A DNA stretch of 64,000 nt from Candidatus Iainarchaeum sp. GTDB lineage: Archaea > B1Sed10-29 > WALL01. The DNA lies in NCBI GenBank assembly GCA_023129115.1, contig JAGMCR010000003.1:64001-128000 (forward strand). Reading direction: 5' to 3'. Shown piece by piece: positions 38,540 to 48,062 of the stretch (its first letter is position 1; each line of letters begins with the position of its first letter). The notes under the pieces were generated by a model. That model was given only the letters and a program-made list of their open reading frames with translations. It was not told the origin of the DNA and searched no databases. A program made the translations under genes and the position numbers.

Positions 38540-39240
38540 GGCTCTCACAACACAAACCCTCACTTTTTCACTATTTTGATTAAAACTATAACACCCACTC
38601 ACTTTTTGTTTTTCAGCTTATGGGGGGCCGCCAATTGGCGGCCCCCCGTTGGCGGCCTCTCACGTTTGCCCTTCCGCCAGTAACCACTCCCTTTTTTGGT
38701 TTTCTCAAGTCACCAGCCGGCCCAAATCCGCTGCCTCTCACTTTTCAGCTGTTGGGAGTTGCATTGGGTACAGCCCCCACAACTGCCTGGCCCGCCAATG
38801 GTCCAACCCTCACTTTTGCTTTTTTGGCCTTTGTGGAAGCCAGCCCCCCGTGCGGCCAGGCGCAGGCCCACTCCCAACACGCACTTTCGTGTTTTCAGCA
38901 CTAAGGGGGGTCGCCAATCGGCGGCCCCCCAAGTTTCTTTTGCTGGCCCCGCCTGGGACCCACTTTTTGGCCTTATTTACCCACTCTAACTCACTCCCAA
39001 CACCCATTTTGCCCCCAACCCCCTTATTCTCACTTTCTGGCTTCAAAACCCTTTTTTGATGTTTGGTTTCCCGGTTTTTTGCCTGGGGAGGGGGGTTTTT
39101 TCGCTGGCCCACACTTTTCCCGGTTTTTTGATTCCACGAGCCCGAACTCTCACTTTTCCTTAATCCTCAATTCAACTCCAAAATATATTTTATAAAATAT
39201 AAAATACGTAATATGTTACTCCAATATTATTGCACATCTT
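38540..39240. repeat. Non-coding block with about 12 same-strand CTCACTTTT-like repeats, GC palindromes and an AT-rich end; candidate origin-like region
   Basis: Copies near 38557, 38596, 38657, 38735, 38807, 38960, 39028, 39110, 39147; CACTCCCAACAC at 38869 and 38992; AT tract at 39181-39230. Confidence 0.6.
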
Positions 39241-39300
39241 CGAAACACCGAAATAGAAAAGGTTAAATAGCTGTTCCAACACATATTTTCCAGTGAAGTG

Positions 39301-39570
39301 ATGCACATGGAGCCGAGTTTGTTCTTGCACGAAAAGCCCGTCAGGGCCATTGTAGCGCTGTCTGACACGAAGAGGACGTGGTACGCCCATTTGCTTTCCA
39401 AGGAGATTGACTGCAGCTATGCCCATCTGGCGAAGGTGCTGGACCAGTTCGAGGAGAATGGGCTGGTCGAGTTCCACAAGGAGGGGCGCGTGAAGCTCTT
39501 GAGCATGACCAAAAAGGGCGAGGAGCTGGCGCACGACCTCGAGACCGTGCTGATGCGGCTGTCAAAGTGA
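39301..39570 (+). CDS. Small wHTH (MarR-like) DNA-binding protein
   Basis: LSKEIDCSYAHLAKVLDQFEENGLVEFHKEGRVKLLSMTKKG. Confidence 0.9.
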   Translation: MHMEPSLFLHEKPVRAIVALSDTKRTWYAHLLSKEIDCSYAHLAKVLDQFEENGLVEFHKEGRVKLLSMTKKGEELAHDLETVLMRLSK

Positions 39571-39623
39571 CCGGAAAAGAGTTTGGTCTTCCCCCAAAGA
39601 ATTTGTCAGAAGATTGCTGCAAT

Positions 39624-40094
39624 TTATACGCCTAGTGCGAGCACTGCCATGAGCAGCATTTCCTCGTCGTCCTTGGTTATGCCGGTGTATTCGCCTTCTA
39701 TGCCCTTCCCGAGGTTGGAGAGGATGGGGATATAGACGCCTTCAGGCCTTATGACGCCGACCTGCTTGCCGTCCTTGACTATCTCAAAGTGCTGCTTGAA
39801 GAGGGTCTCGCGCTCCTTGATTTCGAAGGATTTCTTGGCCTTGTGGTAGACGTCGAAGTGCGTCATGAAGCCAATTTTTTCCTCTACTTTGCCAATGTAC
39901 TCGTTTTCGCGGTAGACTTTGGCGCCGCGGATTACGAGGCCAGAGCGGACTATGGTGTAGTGGGTGGGCCCCCAGTCGACGTCGAGCACGTCCTTGTAGA
40001 AGGGCCTGATTGCGTGTATGGTTTCGTCGCCGGTCTTCCTCCTTACCTTCAGCCGCGCCTTGCGCAGCTCCGAGAATAGGCTAAAGCTTGCCAT
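39624..40094 (-). CDS. Hypothetical protein, LURP-one/tubby-like beta barrel
   Basis: Repeated strand units (YIGKVEEK, FEIVKDGKQVGVI) ending in a hydrophobic helix LLMAVLAL. Confidence 0.6.
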   Translation of the reverse strand: MASFSLFSELRKARLKVRRKTGDETIHAIRPFYKDVLDVDWGPTHYTIVRSGLVIRGAKVYRENEYIGKVEEKIGFMTHFDVYHKAKKSFEIKERETLFKQHFEIVKDGKQVGVIRPEGVYIPILSNLGKGIEGEYTGITKDDEEMLLMAVLALGV

Positions 40095-40095
40095 G

Positions 40096-40443
40096 TTAAC
40101 TCCTCCACCTGTTGACGAATGCCTGCCAGATGTCCGCCATTTCTTGGCAGCGGTTGCCGAACTGCTCGCTCATTATCCAGTCGCCGCTCCTCTTGGTGAT
40201 GAGGCCGGCGTCCCTGAGCTTGGACAGCATGGTGTAGTACTCCTGGTGCGTGGAGCCGAGTTGTTTCTGCATCTCGGCCCATTCTGCGTCCGGAATGCGC
40301 TTCCTCTCGATGAGCGCGTAGACGAGCTTCTCCGCTTTTTTGGACAATTCGGGCTTGCGGTAGAACAGGTTCTCGAGGATTGTCCGCAGGTCCGGCACGC
40401 GCTCCCGCGCCTTGATTTTGATGGTTGTCTCGTACTTCACCAT
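40096..40443 (-). CDS. wHTH-domain protein
   Basis: QLGSTHQEYYTMLSKLRDAGLITK; real start probably ATG 40443. Confidence 0.8.
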   Translation of the reverse strand: MVKYETTIKIKARERVPDLRTILENLFYRKPELSKKAEKLVYALIERKRIPDAEWAEMQKQLGSTHQEYYTMLSKLRDAGLITKRSGDWIMSEQFGNRCQEMADIWQAFVNRWRS

Positions 40444-40709
40444 TTGCCTAGCCCTTAATGCGCCAGTATATTTATCCATTTCGGTATCACCCCGGAACAG
40501 TCCTCGCACCCGCCAGCGAGCACGCTTTCCCCGGTCTAGCTCTTGCCGTAATACACCGGTTCCGGGCTCGGCTAAGCCTGGTTGCCGGCGAAAACACCAC
40601 GGAAAAGCACAACCACGCATTCCAGTCCGGCATCATGCCGTAATCCCATCCCGCAGGAAGAAAGCTTTTTTATTCTCGCCCGCCACAACTTATTCACTTG
40701 GTGATATTC

Positions 40710-41483
40710 ATGGCAGGCAAGAAAGGCTCTGGCAAAAAAGGCTCTGGCAAAAGGAGGGTAAGGGATCCGATCACCTTCTACGTTGATTTGGTGGGCCGCA
40801 AGACCGCGAAGAGGGCAACAACCAATCTCCATAAGGACCTGAAGAAAATCAGGGGGCGGGTCAAGAAAATAGTCCGCGAGCATAACAAAGAGAGGAAGAA
40901 GCTCGCGAAAAACGACTTGAAGGGCCACATAGACCTGGTCCAAAACACCCTGCTCTACCTCTACGTCGCCAAGGCGTTCCAGGAGGGCCTGGTGGGGGAT
41001 GCCCAGATCCACGTAAAGCAACAGAAGGAGCGTGACGAAGGATTTGAAATGCCCAAGCCATTCACAACCAACCTCAATCTGCTTTCTGTGAAGCTCGGGA
41101 ACCACATCATGGAGTTCGAGACGCACAAAGAAACACTCAACCAGAAGGCTGAAGAGCTTGAGCAGATGCTCGCGGAGCTGAATGCGTCTGCCGAAGAGAT
41201 CGCAGAGATGCAGGAAGCAAAAGAGGAGTACGAGCCGCACCCCCGGGGCAAACTCGGCGGCCTCCCTGTTAGCCCAAGCGACATCCGCAAGACGATGGTC
41301 GAAGAAGCGCTCAGGTCTGGCAAGTCACCCGAAGAAATCAAAAAGATTACCGCCCAAACCGGATATTCAGGCATAAAGCTCCCAAGAAGGTATTCGGACA
41401 CGAACTTCAAGAAGATTGCGTCACGCGTTAGGAAAATGGTTAAAGACGAGCAAGAGAAAAAATTGTATAAAAACAAGAGATAA
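40710..41483 (+). CDS. Hypothetical basic coiled-coil protein
   Basis: Long ORF with GGTGA SD; no recognised motif. Confidence 0.7.
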   Translation: MAGKKGSGKKGSGKRRVRDPITFYVDLVGRKTAKRATTNLHKDLKKIRGRVKKIVREHNKERKKLAKNDLKGHIDLVQNTLLYLYVAKAFQEGLVGDAQIHVKQQKERDEGFEMPKPFTTNLNLLSVKLGNHIMEFETHKETLNQKAEELEQMLAELNASAEEIAEMQEAKEEYEPHPRGKLGGLPVSPSDIRKTMVEEALRSGKSPEEIKKITAQTGYSGIKLPRRYSDTNFKKIASRVRKMVKDEQEKKLYKNKR

Positions 41484-41486
41484 GGT

Positions 41487-41888
41487 TCACTCGACCCGCA
41501 GCCTCGCGGGGAAGTGCTGCTGGTCAGTGATTTTGTCGAACCTTTCGTCGTGCTCGCGCACGATTACGTCGAAGTCGTAGAACCCCGGCGTTATGTTGAA
41601 CTTGCCGTAGATGCTGAACTTCGCCTCTTTTTTCTTTGTGGGGTCCACGTTCTTGATGCGTATGCGGTGCTCGCGCATCAATCCACTGCGGTCGAACCCA
41701 AACGCGAACGGCACCTTGACGCTGACGCTGTAGCTCTTGGTCTGCCTCCCACGGTTCCTTACCTCCACGCCCAGCGACACCGGCTCCTTCTGCCCCACAA
41801 TCATCCTGATTGGGAGAAAGGAGGTCCGCACGTACATCCCGTTGTCTTTTTGCTCTTCCACATAAACACCGTACATTAATATACTCAC
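41487..41888 (-). CDS. Hypothetical Ig-like beta-sandwich protein
   Basis: Alternating strands; VEVRNRG...PGFYDFDV pattern. Confidence 0.7.
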   Translation of the reverse strand: MSILMYGVYVEEQKDNGMYVRTSFLPIRMIVGQKEPVSLGVEVRNRGRQTKSYSVSVKVPFAFGFDRSGLMREHRIRIKNVDPTKKKEAKFSIYGKFNITPGFYDFDVIVREHDERFDKITDQQHFPARLRVE

Positions 41889-41907
41889 TGCGAGAATAAA
41901 TACTTAC

Positions 41908-42354
41908 ATGGTGCCTGAAAAAGAGCTAATCAAGCGGGAATACACGGTGCGGGGCATGCGCCTCCCGAACGAGACCAAGCTCACGCGCCAGTCCCTATTG
42001 CGCTGGCTCTGCCTCTCGCTCGGCCTCTTGTCGCCGGACGAGTCACGCCAGAGCGTGCTCCCAATCATGGACTCTTTCCTCGAGCTCCAGTTCTCCGGGC
42101 AAAAGCCAACGGTCGCTGAACTGTCAGAGAAAAGCGGCCAGCCAGAAAAAGCAGTGCGCTACCACATGCACCGGCTCATGGCGATGGGCCTGGCCCAGGA
42201 AGAGAAGCGCCACTATTCTTTCGTGCTCGACTCGTCGTCCGACTCACTCTCGCTGCCAAAGACATTCCGCGAGCATTACGCGGAATCCCTCTTGGCAAGC
42301 CTGTTTTCAATCGAGGGCGCGCTCAAGGAATTGCAGCGCTCGTACGAGGGCTAG
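41908..42354 (+). CDS. wHTH-domain protein
   Basis: RWLCLSLGL...PTVAELSEKSGQPEKAVRYHMHRLMAMGL. Confidence 0.85.
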   Translation: MVPEKELIKREYTVRGMRLPNETKLTRQSLLRWLCLSLGLLSPDESRQSVLPIMDSFLELQFSGQKPTVAELSEKSGQPEKAVRYHMHRLMAMGLAQEEKRHYSFVLDSSSDSLSLPKTFREHYAESLLASLFSIEGALKELQRSYEG

Positions 42355-42359
42355 GTTAA

Positions 42360-42780
42360 CCAGCGGGTTTCCCCCCACGAAACCACACAAAATTCAAAGC
42401 CATTCCCAACAGTTATTCCGCAAAACAAGCCCGATTTAACCTTGTTTCCCTGTTGGGAGTTGCATACCTCACTCCCAACACCAAAAACCACTTTCTCGTG
42501 CCCCTTCTCCTATCTCCTTCCCTCTCCGACCATAACTCGCTTTTCTCGGCAAGAAATAGCCACTGGAAACTATACTCTAAAACCATTATTATCAACAATA
42601 CACTCCAAAAACTATAAGTAACAAACTATCAATCACAAACTATATTTTATTGTTTATACTTCTTGCCGTGGCCACTCACTTTGCCCCCCACACATAAACA
42701 CCTCAACCGCCACAACACCGCAAAACCGCGTGCCACAGCGCTTTCCAGCCCCCCCTCCACCCAAAAACAAACATTAATCG
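42360..42780. repeat. Second non-coding block sharing motifs with 38.5-39.2 kb
   Basis: TGTTGGGAGT-N10-ACTCCCAACA inverted repeat (42451-42480); CTGTTGGGAGTTGCAT identical to 38749; mini-ORB-like CCACTGGAAAC at 42560; AT-rich 42575-42660. Confidence 0.55.
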
Positions 42781-42785
42781 AAAAG

Positions 42786-43376
42786 TTATTGCGAAGGGGC
42801 GGTTTTTGATTTGATTTCGTCCATCAACTTATCATCCAAAAAGGTAAGAACATTGAGTGGGTATTTTTCCAGGTAGTCAAGGGTGTTGTCCCAAACATCA
42901 TGTTTGGCCCGTATGCTCTCTATCAGTTCTTTTTGGTGTTGCCTGAATTCTTCTAGTTCGATTAGTTTCATTCTCCGTCTTTCTTCAGCTGTTGGCTCGG
43001 GTTCTGGCCCGTACTCCTCAAGGTCAACGCTTTTGGCTTCCACTACGTTGTTGCGGATGCCGTTTAATGTTTTTTCTGCTGTTTTTTTTAATTCCACCAA
43101 GGTAGCATGGACTTCCTTCCATTCTTCGGTTGTGCCCCCTGTTCCCCCCATTTTTTCGAACTGGCCACTCAATTCGGCTTCGGCGTACTTCAATTTGTTT
43201 TGCAGGCGCTCGTGATGGCGGAGCAGTTGTGCGTAGGGGTCGATCCCACGGTTTTTAAATATCCACCCCCCCAGCTCTGGCTTAAACGGCTGGAATAACT
43301 CCATGACGTGGCTTTTTATTTTACGCATTTCGCCTATCTTGTTTTGGCTGTGGGCTTCGGAGGGCTTCAGCTCCAT
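42786..43376 (-). CDS. Hypothetical coiled-coil protein
   Basis: 196-aa helical ORF, lower GC than core genes. Confidence 0.65.
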   Translation of the reverse strand: MELKPSEAHSQNKIGEMRKIKSHVMELFQPFKPELGGWIFKNRGIDPYAQLLRHHERLQNKLKYAEAELSGQFEKMGGTGGTTEEWKEVHATLVELKKTAEKTLNGIRNNVVEAKSVDLEEYGPEPEPTAEERRRMKLIELEEFRQHQKELIESIRAKHDVWDNTLDYLEKYPLNVLTFLDDKLMDEIKSKTAPSQ

Positions 43377-43574
43377 ACACCCATTTACACGCCACGCCTA
43401 TAAAAACATCAGCACTCCCAACCCCCCAGTGGTGTTCAAGGCCCCCCACCCCCGGGTAAACGCCCTTTCTGGAGAGCGTTTCGAGGCAGCCACCACTGTC
43501 CAGGAAAAGGCCTTCGCCCGCACCAAAAGGTACTGGGCTTAGTTTTTTAAACCCTCTTTCCGTTACCAACCAGC

Positions 43575-43730
43575 ATGCCCGACTTTATCGGCTACCACAT
43601 GGACCTGAAGCAGTTCACGACTCCAGAGCTAAAGAAAGTCCTCCGCGAGAAGAAGTACTTGAACGTGTGGTCTTATTCCAGAATCCAGGACGAGCTCCTC
43701 CGCCGCGGCGAGGGGTATTACCGGGACTAG
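43575..43730 (+). CDS. Small hypothetical protein (51 aa), not in ORF track
   Basis: MPDFIGYHMDLKQFTTPELKKVLREKKYLNVWSYSRIQDELLRRGEGYYRD; TTTTTAAA about 25 bp upstream; host-like codons; stop abuts the aCPSF1 stop. Confidence 0.65.
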   Translation: MPDFIGYHMDLKQFTTPELKKVLREKKYLNVWSYSRIQDELLRRGEGYYRD

Positions 43731-45641
43731 CTACTTCAGCCTAATCGAGTCCAAATTCCTGGGCGTGTTCGTCTCGACCCTGCTGGAGTACCCCAGCGTC
43801 TTCGCGAGCGCGGTGCAGCTCTTTTCGTCGCCGTGCACTGTAATCACCCTCTCTGGCCTGGGCGCCAGTTTCTTGAAGAAATTAACTAGTTGGTTCCTGT
43901 CGCTGTGGCCCGAAAAGCCCTCAATCGTCTCAATCTGCATCTTGACCTCGACGGCTTTGGTCCTGCCGCCGATGTTCAGCGGAATGGTCTTGCTGCCCCC
44001 CATCCTCCGCATTCCAATAGTCTGTATCTTCCTGCCGAGCGAGCCCTCGCCCTGGTAGCCGACAAAAATTATCTTGTTCTGGGTGTTCTCGCAAAGGTTC
44101 TTGAAGTACTCGACCGACGGCCCGCCGCTCATCATTCCCGAGGGCGAGAGGAACACGCTGCTCTTCTCGTCCGCGAGGCCCTCGCGCTTCGTCTTGTCGA
44201 CCTCAATGAAAATATCAGAGTCGAACGGCGAGTTGTTGTGCAGAATCCTCTTCTTGACATTGCGCCGCATGAACTCCGGGTAAGCAGTGTGTATCGCGCT
44301 CGCCTCGCGTGTCATGCCGTCGATGTAAATAGGTATGTCCCAGCTGTTGCGCTTCGCGTACTCCTCGAGCACCAGCATTATTTCCTGCGCCCTCCCAATC
44401 GCGAACACTGGAATAAGCACTGACCCGCCGCGCTCGCACGTCTGCTTGATGCTCTGGATGAGCCGCTTGTCCGACACGTACCTCGGCGGCATTATGTCCC
44501 TCGGCCCGCCGTACGTCGACTCAATAATAAGCGTCTCCAGCCGCGGGTACCGGGTGTGCACATTGTCGAACAATTTCGTGTACCCGAACTTGAAGTCCCC
44601 GGTGTACAATAAGTTGTGCACGCCCTGGCCGATGTGCAGGTGCGCGCTCGCCGAGCCCATGATGTGCCCGGCGTTGTGGAGGGTGAGCCGCATGTCTGGC
44701 GAGATGTCCGTGACCTCGCCGTAGTCCCTCGTAATCACGTACTTCATGGTTTTCTTGACGTCCTTGTCCTTGTAGGGCGGGTCAATCCCCTCCTTCTTCA
44801 GCACGCTGATGTAGTCGAGCTGCAGCAGCGCCATCAGGTCCCGGGTCGGCGCAGTGCAATAAGTCGGCCCGCTGAACCCGTACTGGTAGAGGTACGGGAC
44901 AAAGCCCGAGTGGTCGAGGTGCGCGTGCGAGACAATCACAGCGTCCAGCTCGTCAATCGCGAAGTTAATCGACCCCAGGTGCGGATACGCGCGGTCCCTT
45001 GACGCAACATTAATCCCGCAGTCCAGCAGTATCTTTGACTCGGGCGTCTCCAGCAGGAAGCAGCTCCTGCCGACTTCCCTCGCGCCGCCGAGGGGCGTGA
45101 GCCTGACCCAGTCAGTGCCCTTGGTGTCGTTGCGGTAGATGCGCGACGCGGTCTCCTTGAGGAACTTGGCCCGCTCCTTGTTCTCCTTGAGCAGTGTGTA
45201 CCTGATTCCCTTGATTACGGGGGAGGGCTGCGTCGGCACCCGCAGTATCCTTGGGTACCACCCAGTCTCAATCGTTATCGCCTTCAATGTAGACCCATGC
45301 TTCCCAATTACGAGCCCGGGCTTCTTGGCCTCAATCACGACTTCGTTGAACTCGCTGTCGAACCCGAGGTCATCAATCCCCGCCTCGCGTGGGACCAGCT
45401 CCTGCATCCTTTTCTTGGCTGCCTCTGGGTCCATGAGCATGGAGTTGTCCGAGCGGATGTGTACCCGCTTCTTGAGCTGCCCCGCGAGTGACTTCACGAG
45501 CCCCTCTGTCTCCAGGAACAGCCTCATGTTCCGTGTGTACACGACGACCTCTGACGCAAGCATGGCTACCTTTGTGACCATGGCGTCCGCTGGCACTATT
45601 TCCTGGACTTTTTTCTCCATTTGCTTGGCGATTTCTGACAT
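43731..45641 (-). CDS. Beta-CASP ribonuclease aCPSF1 (FttA)
   Basis: N-terminal KH (PGLVIGKHG), SHAHLDH, NAGHIMGS, ESTYG, GFSGHSD, VHGD. Confidence 0.97.
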   Translation of the reverse strand: MSEIAKQMEKKVQEIVPADAMVTKVAMLASEVVVYTRNMRLFLETEGLVKSLAGQLKKRVHIRSDNSMLMDPEAAKKRMQELVPREAGIDDLGFDSEFNEVVIEAKKPGLVIGKHGSTLKAITIETGWYPRILRVPTQPSPVIKGIRYTLLKENKERAKFLKETASRIYRNDTKGTDWVRLTPLGGAREVGRSCFLLETPESKILLDCGINVASRDRAYPHLGSINFAIDELDAVIVSHAHLDHSGFVPYLYQYGFSGPTYCTAPTRDLMALLQLDYISVLKKEGIDPPYKDKDVKKTMKYVITRDYGEVTDISPDMRLTLHNAGHIMGSASAHLHIGQGVHNLLYTGDFKFGYTKLFDNVHTRYPRLETLIIESTYGGPRDIMPPRYVSDKRLIQSIKQTCERGGSVLIPVFAIGRAQEIMLVLEEYAKRNSWDIPIYIDGMTREASAIHTAYPEFMRRNVKKRILHNNSPFDSDIFIEVDKTKREGLADEKSSVFLSPSGMMSGGPSVEYFKNLCENTQNKIIFVGYQGEGSLGRKIQTIGMRRMGGSKTIPLNIGGRTKAVEVKMQIETIEGFSGHSDRNQLVNFFKKLAPRPERVITVHGDEKSCTALAKTLGYSSRVETNTPRNLDSIRLK

Positions 45642-45684
45642 AAGCTAGCCTCTACTAACCCTTGTCCGTGGGTTGGCTGGAGCC

Positions 45685-46293
45685 TTATTTTAGGTATGGC
45701 GCTGGGTCGATTTTCTTGTAGCCGCTCTTGGTAATTGCCACTAGCTTGATGTTGTTGCCGGAGAAGGCGTCCCTCTCCAGAGCAGACTTTATCGCCTTAA
45801 CGGCGACTGGAACATTTTCGTCCACGGTCCCGCCCTCGCTGTACTGTGCCTCAAGCAATCCATAGGCAAACGGCGAGCCGCTGCCCGTCGCAACGACTTT
45901 TTCCTCGAGCGCGCTCCCCACTGCGTCGAGCGAGTACAGCCTCGGCCCGGTATCGTAGCCGCCGATTAGGAGCTGCACCCAGTACGGGAACCACTTGTTG
46001 CCGTGGAGTATGTTGGACAGCAGCGACACTGCCGCGTCCACTTTCATGGGGTGGTCCCTCTCAATCTGGTAGAGGTTGGTCTCCACCTGCATGATGCGCA
46101 CCAGCTTCTGGGCGTCGGCCACGCTCCCCGCGGTCGTCATCCAGATGTGGTCCTGTAGCCGGAATATCTTGGGCGTATCCTTGTTGGCAATGAGGTTGCC
46201 CATGGTCGCCCGGCTCTCGGACGCGAGAATAACCCCGTCCTTGCACTTGAGGCCCAGGGTCGTGGTGCCATGCTTCGTGTTTTCTTTGTCCAC
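45685..46293 (-). CDS. psmB: Proteasome beta subunit
   Basis: Propeptide then HG-TTTLG, AGSVADAQ, TGSGSPFAYG. Confidence 0.97.
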   Translation of the reverse strand: MDKENTKHGTTTLGLKCKDGVILASESRATMGNLIANKDTPKIFRLQDHIWMTTAGSVADAQKLVRIMQVETNLYQIERDHPMKVDAAVSLLSNILHGNKWFPYWVQLLIGGYDTGPRLYSLDAVGSALEEKVVATGSGSPFAYGLLEAQYSEGGTVDENVPVAVKAIKSALERDAFSGNNIKLVAITKSGYKKIDPAPYLK

Positions 46294-46360
46294 TAACTAC
46301 TCACCTTTAATGACTAAAAGAACAAGACCAGCCTATTGTTGGTCTCACCATATAAAAACA

Positions 46361-47029
46361 TTATGCCTTTTTGTACTCTTCTACGAATTCCACGCTCATT
46401 TCGGGCAACCTGCTGGTCACCTGCGTGATGAAGTACGCCTTTGCCTGGCCATACCTCTTGGTGGCCAGCAGCTCGGTTTTGGGCGTTGCGATGACTTTTT
46501 TGCCCTTCAGCTCGAGCTTGAGGTCTTTCTCCCCGAAGAACTGGCTGGCGAGGGCCCGGACCTTTTCCTCTGTCTTGGCGAGCACGTCAACAAGCTTTAT
46601 CTCGAAGTCAAGCGTCCTGCCGGCGAGCTCGTGGTTGAAGTCCACCCTCACCCTCCCGCCGGAAACGCTCTGCACCCTCGCGGTCATATTATCTAATTGA
46701 ACCGGCATGCCCGGGAACGGGTTCAGCTTATTGTCGGTGAAGATTTTGAGGGGCACAATCTTGATGAGCTTTGGGTCCCTCGGGCCGTACGCCTCCTCTG
46801 GCGGAATCGTGAGCTTCTTCTCCCCGCCCTTTTCCATGCCAATCAATGCATTGTCCAGCCCGGGGATGAGGTCCCCCTTTCCGGCGACTATGACGAGTGG
46901 CTTGTACACTTGCTCCTTGATGTAGATGCTGTTCTTCTTCGCAGCGCCTTCCACGGTGGTGTCGAAGACTTTGCCGTCCGTGCTTCCGGTGTAGTCCAGG
47001 AGAACAAAGTCGCCTTCTTTTACGCCCAT
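46361..47029 (-). CDS. slyD: FKBP-type peptidyl-prolyl isomerase (SlyD-like)
   Basis: FDTT, IPGLD, PEEAYG, VDFNHELAG. Confidence 0.94.
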   Translation of the reverse strand: MGVKEGDFVLLDYTGSTDGKVFDTTVEGAAKKNSIYIKEQVYKPLVIVAGKGDLIPGLDNALIGMEKGGEKKLTIPPEEAYGPRDPKLIKIVPLKIFTDNKLNPFPGMPVQLDNMTARVQSVSGGRVRVDFNHELAGRTLDFEIKLVDVLAKTEEKVRALASQFFGEKDLKLELKGKKVIATPKTELLATKRYGQAKAYFITQVTSRLPEMSVEFVEEYKKA

Positions 47030-47085
47030 GCGGCTCCTATTCTGCATGATAACCTATTTAAACGTTAGCCCCCACAATCCAGCGC

Positions 47086-47685
47086 ATGGTTTCGCGGGCG
47101 CAGCTAATTGTCGTAACAGCCATAGTGGCCATCGGCCTAATGGGCCCAATGGCTTTCATCGCGCAGGAGGCCGCGAAGAACCCGGCGGAAGAGGCGGCAG
47201 AGGCCACGAAGCCGGTGCAGCAGACAGTCCAGCTGTCCCAGGTCATAGAGCTTGAGGCAATCGTGACCGCAGAAATCACCCGAGTCGACCCCATACTGGT
47301 CGCGGTCGTGGCATCGGATTTTGGGGACAACGAGACCGTCGCCATTCTCTCCAACCTCTCAAGCGCCGGGCTCGACTCAATTGATGGCGAGGGCCATGTC
47401 TTCCGCGCGGTTTTCATGCTCGCCGACCCCACAGAATACTCCATTGTCCTCGGCGAGCTCGCCGGCCTGAACATGACTGTGGTGGACCAGGGCATGACCG
47501 CACAAATCATTCTCCCCAAGACCTATACCGCGTACCGCGGCGGCCATGAGTACACTCTTTCCACGCTCCCGTCTGACGAGGTCACTGCAATCATTTCGGG
47601 CGAGGCACAGTCCGGCCCCGCAGAGTTCAGCCTCAAGATAACCAAATCGGGCGAACAGAAAAAGATTGTGGCTGTCGAGAACTAG
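47086..47685 (+). CDS. Hypothetical secreted or membrane-anchored protein
   Basis: N-terminal hydrophobic segment followed by an acidic domain. Confidence 0.65.
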   Translation: MVSRAQLIVVTAIVAIGLMGPMAFIAQEAAKNPAEEAAEATKPVQQTVQLSQVIELEAIVTAEITRVDPILVAVVASDFGDNETVAILSNLSSAGLDSIDGEGHVFRAVFMLADPTEYSIVLGELAGLNMTVVDQGMTAQIILPKTYTAYRGGHEYTLSTLPSDEVTAIISGEAQSGPAEFSLKITKSGEQKKIVAVEN

Positions 47686-48008
47686 CCCTTCAGCGCCATT
47701 ATCGCTTCGGCGATGTCTCCACTGCTTTTTTCCAGCGCGGCCCTGGCCTTCTCCTCGTCGGCCCCGGCCTGCTCCATCACCATCTTGACGTCTTCTTCTG
47801 ACGGGCCAATCCCCCTTTCACTAATGTCGCCCATCACCTGAAACGTCTTGGTGCCCTGCATATCGATTTCGATGACCTTGGGGTTCGAGACAACGATTTC
47901 CCTGCCCTCGGCCTTTATCACCACTTCGTCTGCGTTGATTTCCTTCTGCTTTATGCCCATTGCCTTCATGGCCTGGGCCATTTTCCTTGGGTCCATTCCT
48001 GGCATCAT
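47682..48008 (-). CDS. nac: Nascent polypeptide-associated complex protein
   Basis: GMDPRKM...MGI...EVVI...C-terminal UBA GDIAEAIM. Confidence 0.96.
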   Translation of the reverse strand: MMPGMDPRKMAQAMKAMGIKQKEINADEVVIKAEGREIVVSNPKVIEIDMQGTKTFQVMGDISERGIGPSEEDVKMVMEQAGADEEKARAALEKSSGDIAEAIMALKG

Positions 48009-48062
48009 GGTCTATCCTTTTACACAAAAGCTATTAAATACCTTCCGCGTTAGTTTCCCACA

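Noticed and set aside
38620-39112. ORF-track ORFs in the repeat block
   Set aside because: Low-complexity translations of the repeats in several frames; no protein-like motifs.
38540-39180. CRISPR array
   Set aside because: Repeats are short, degenerate and irregularly spaced; no cas genes.
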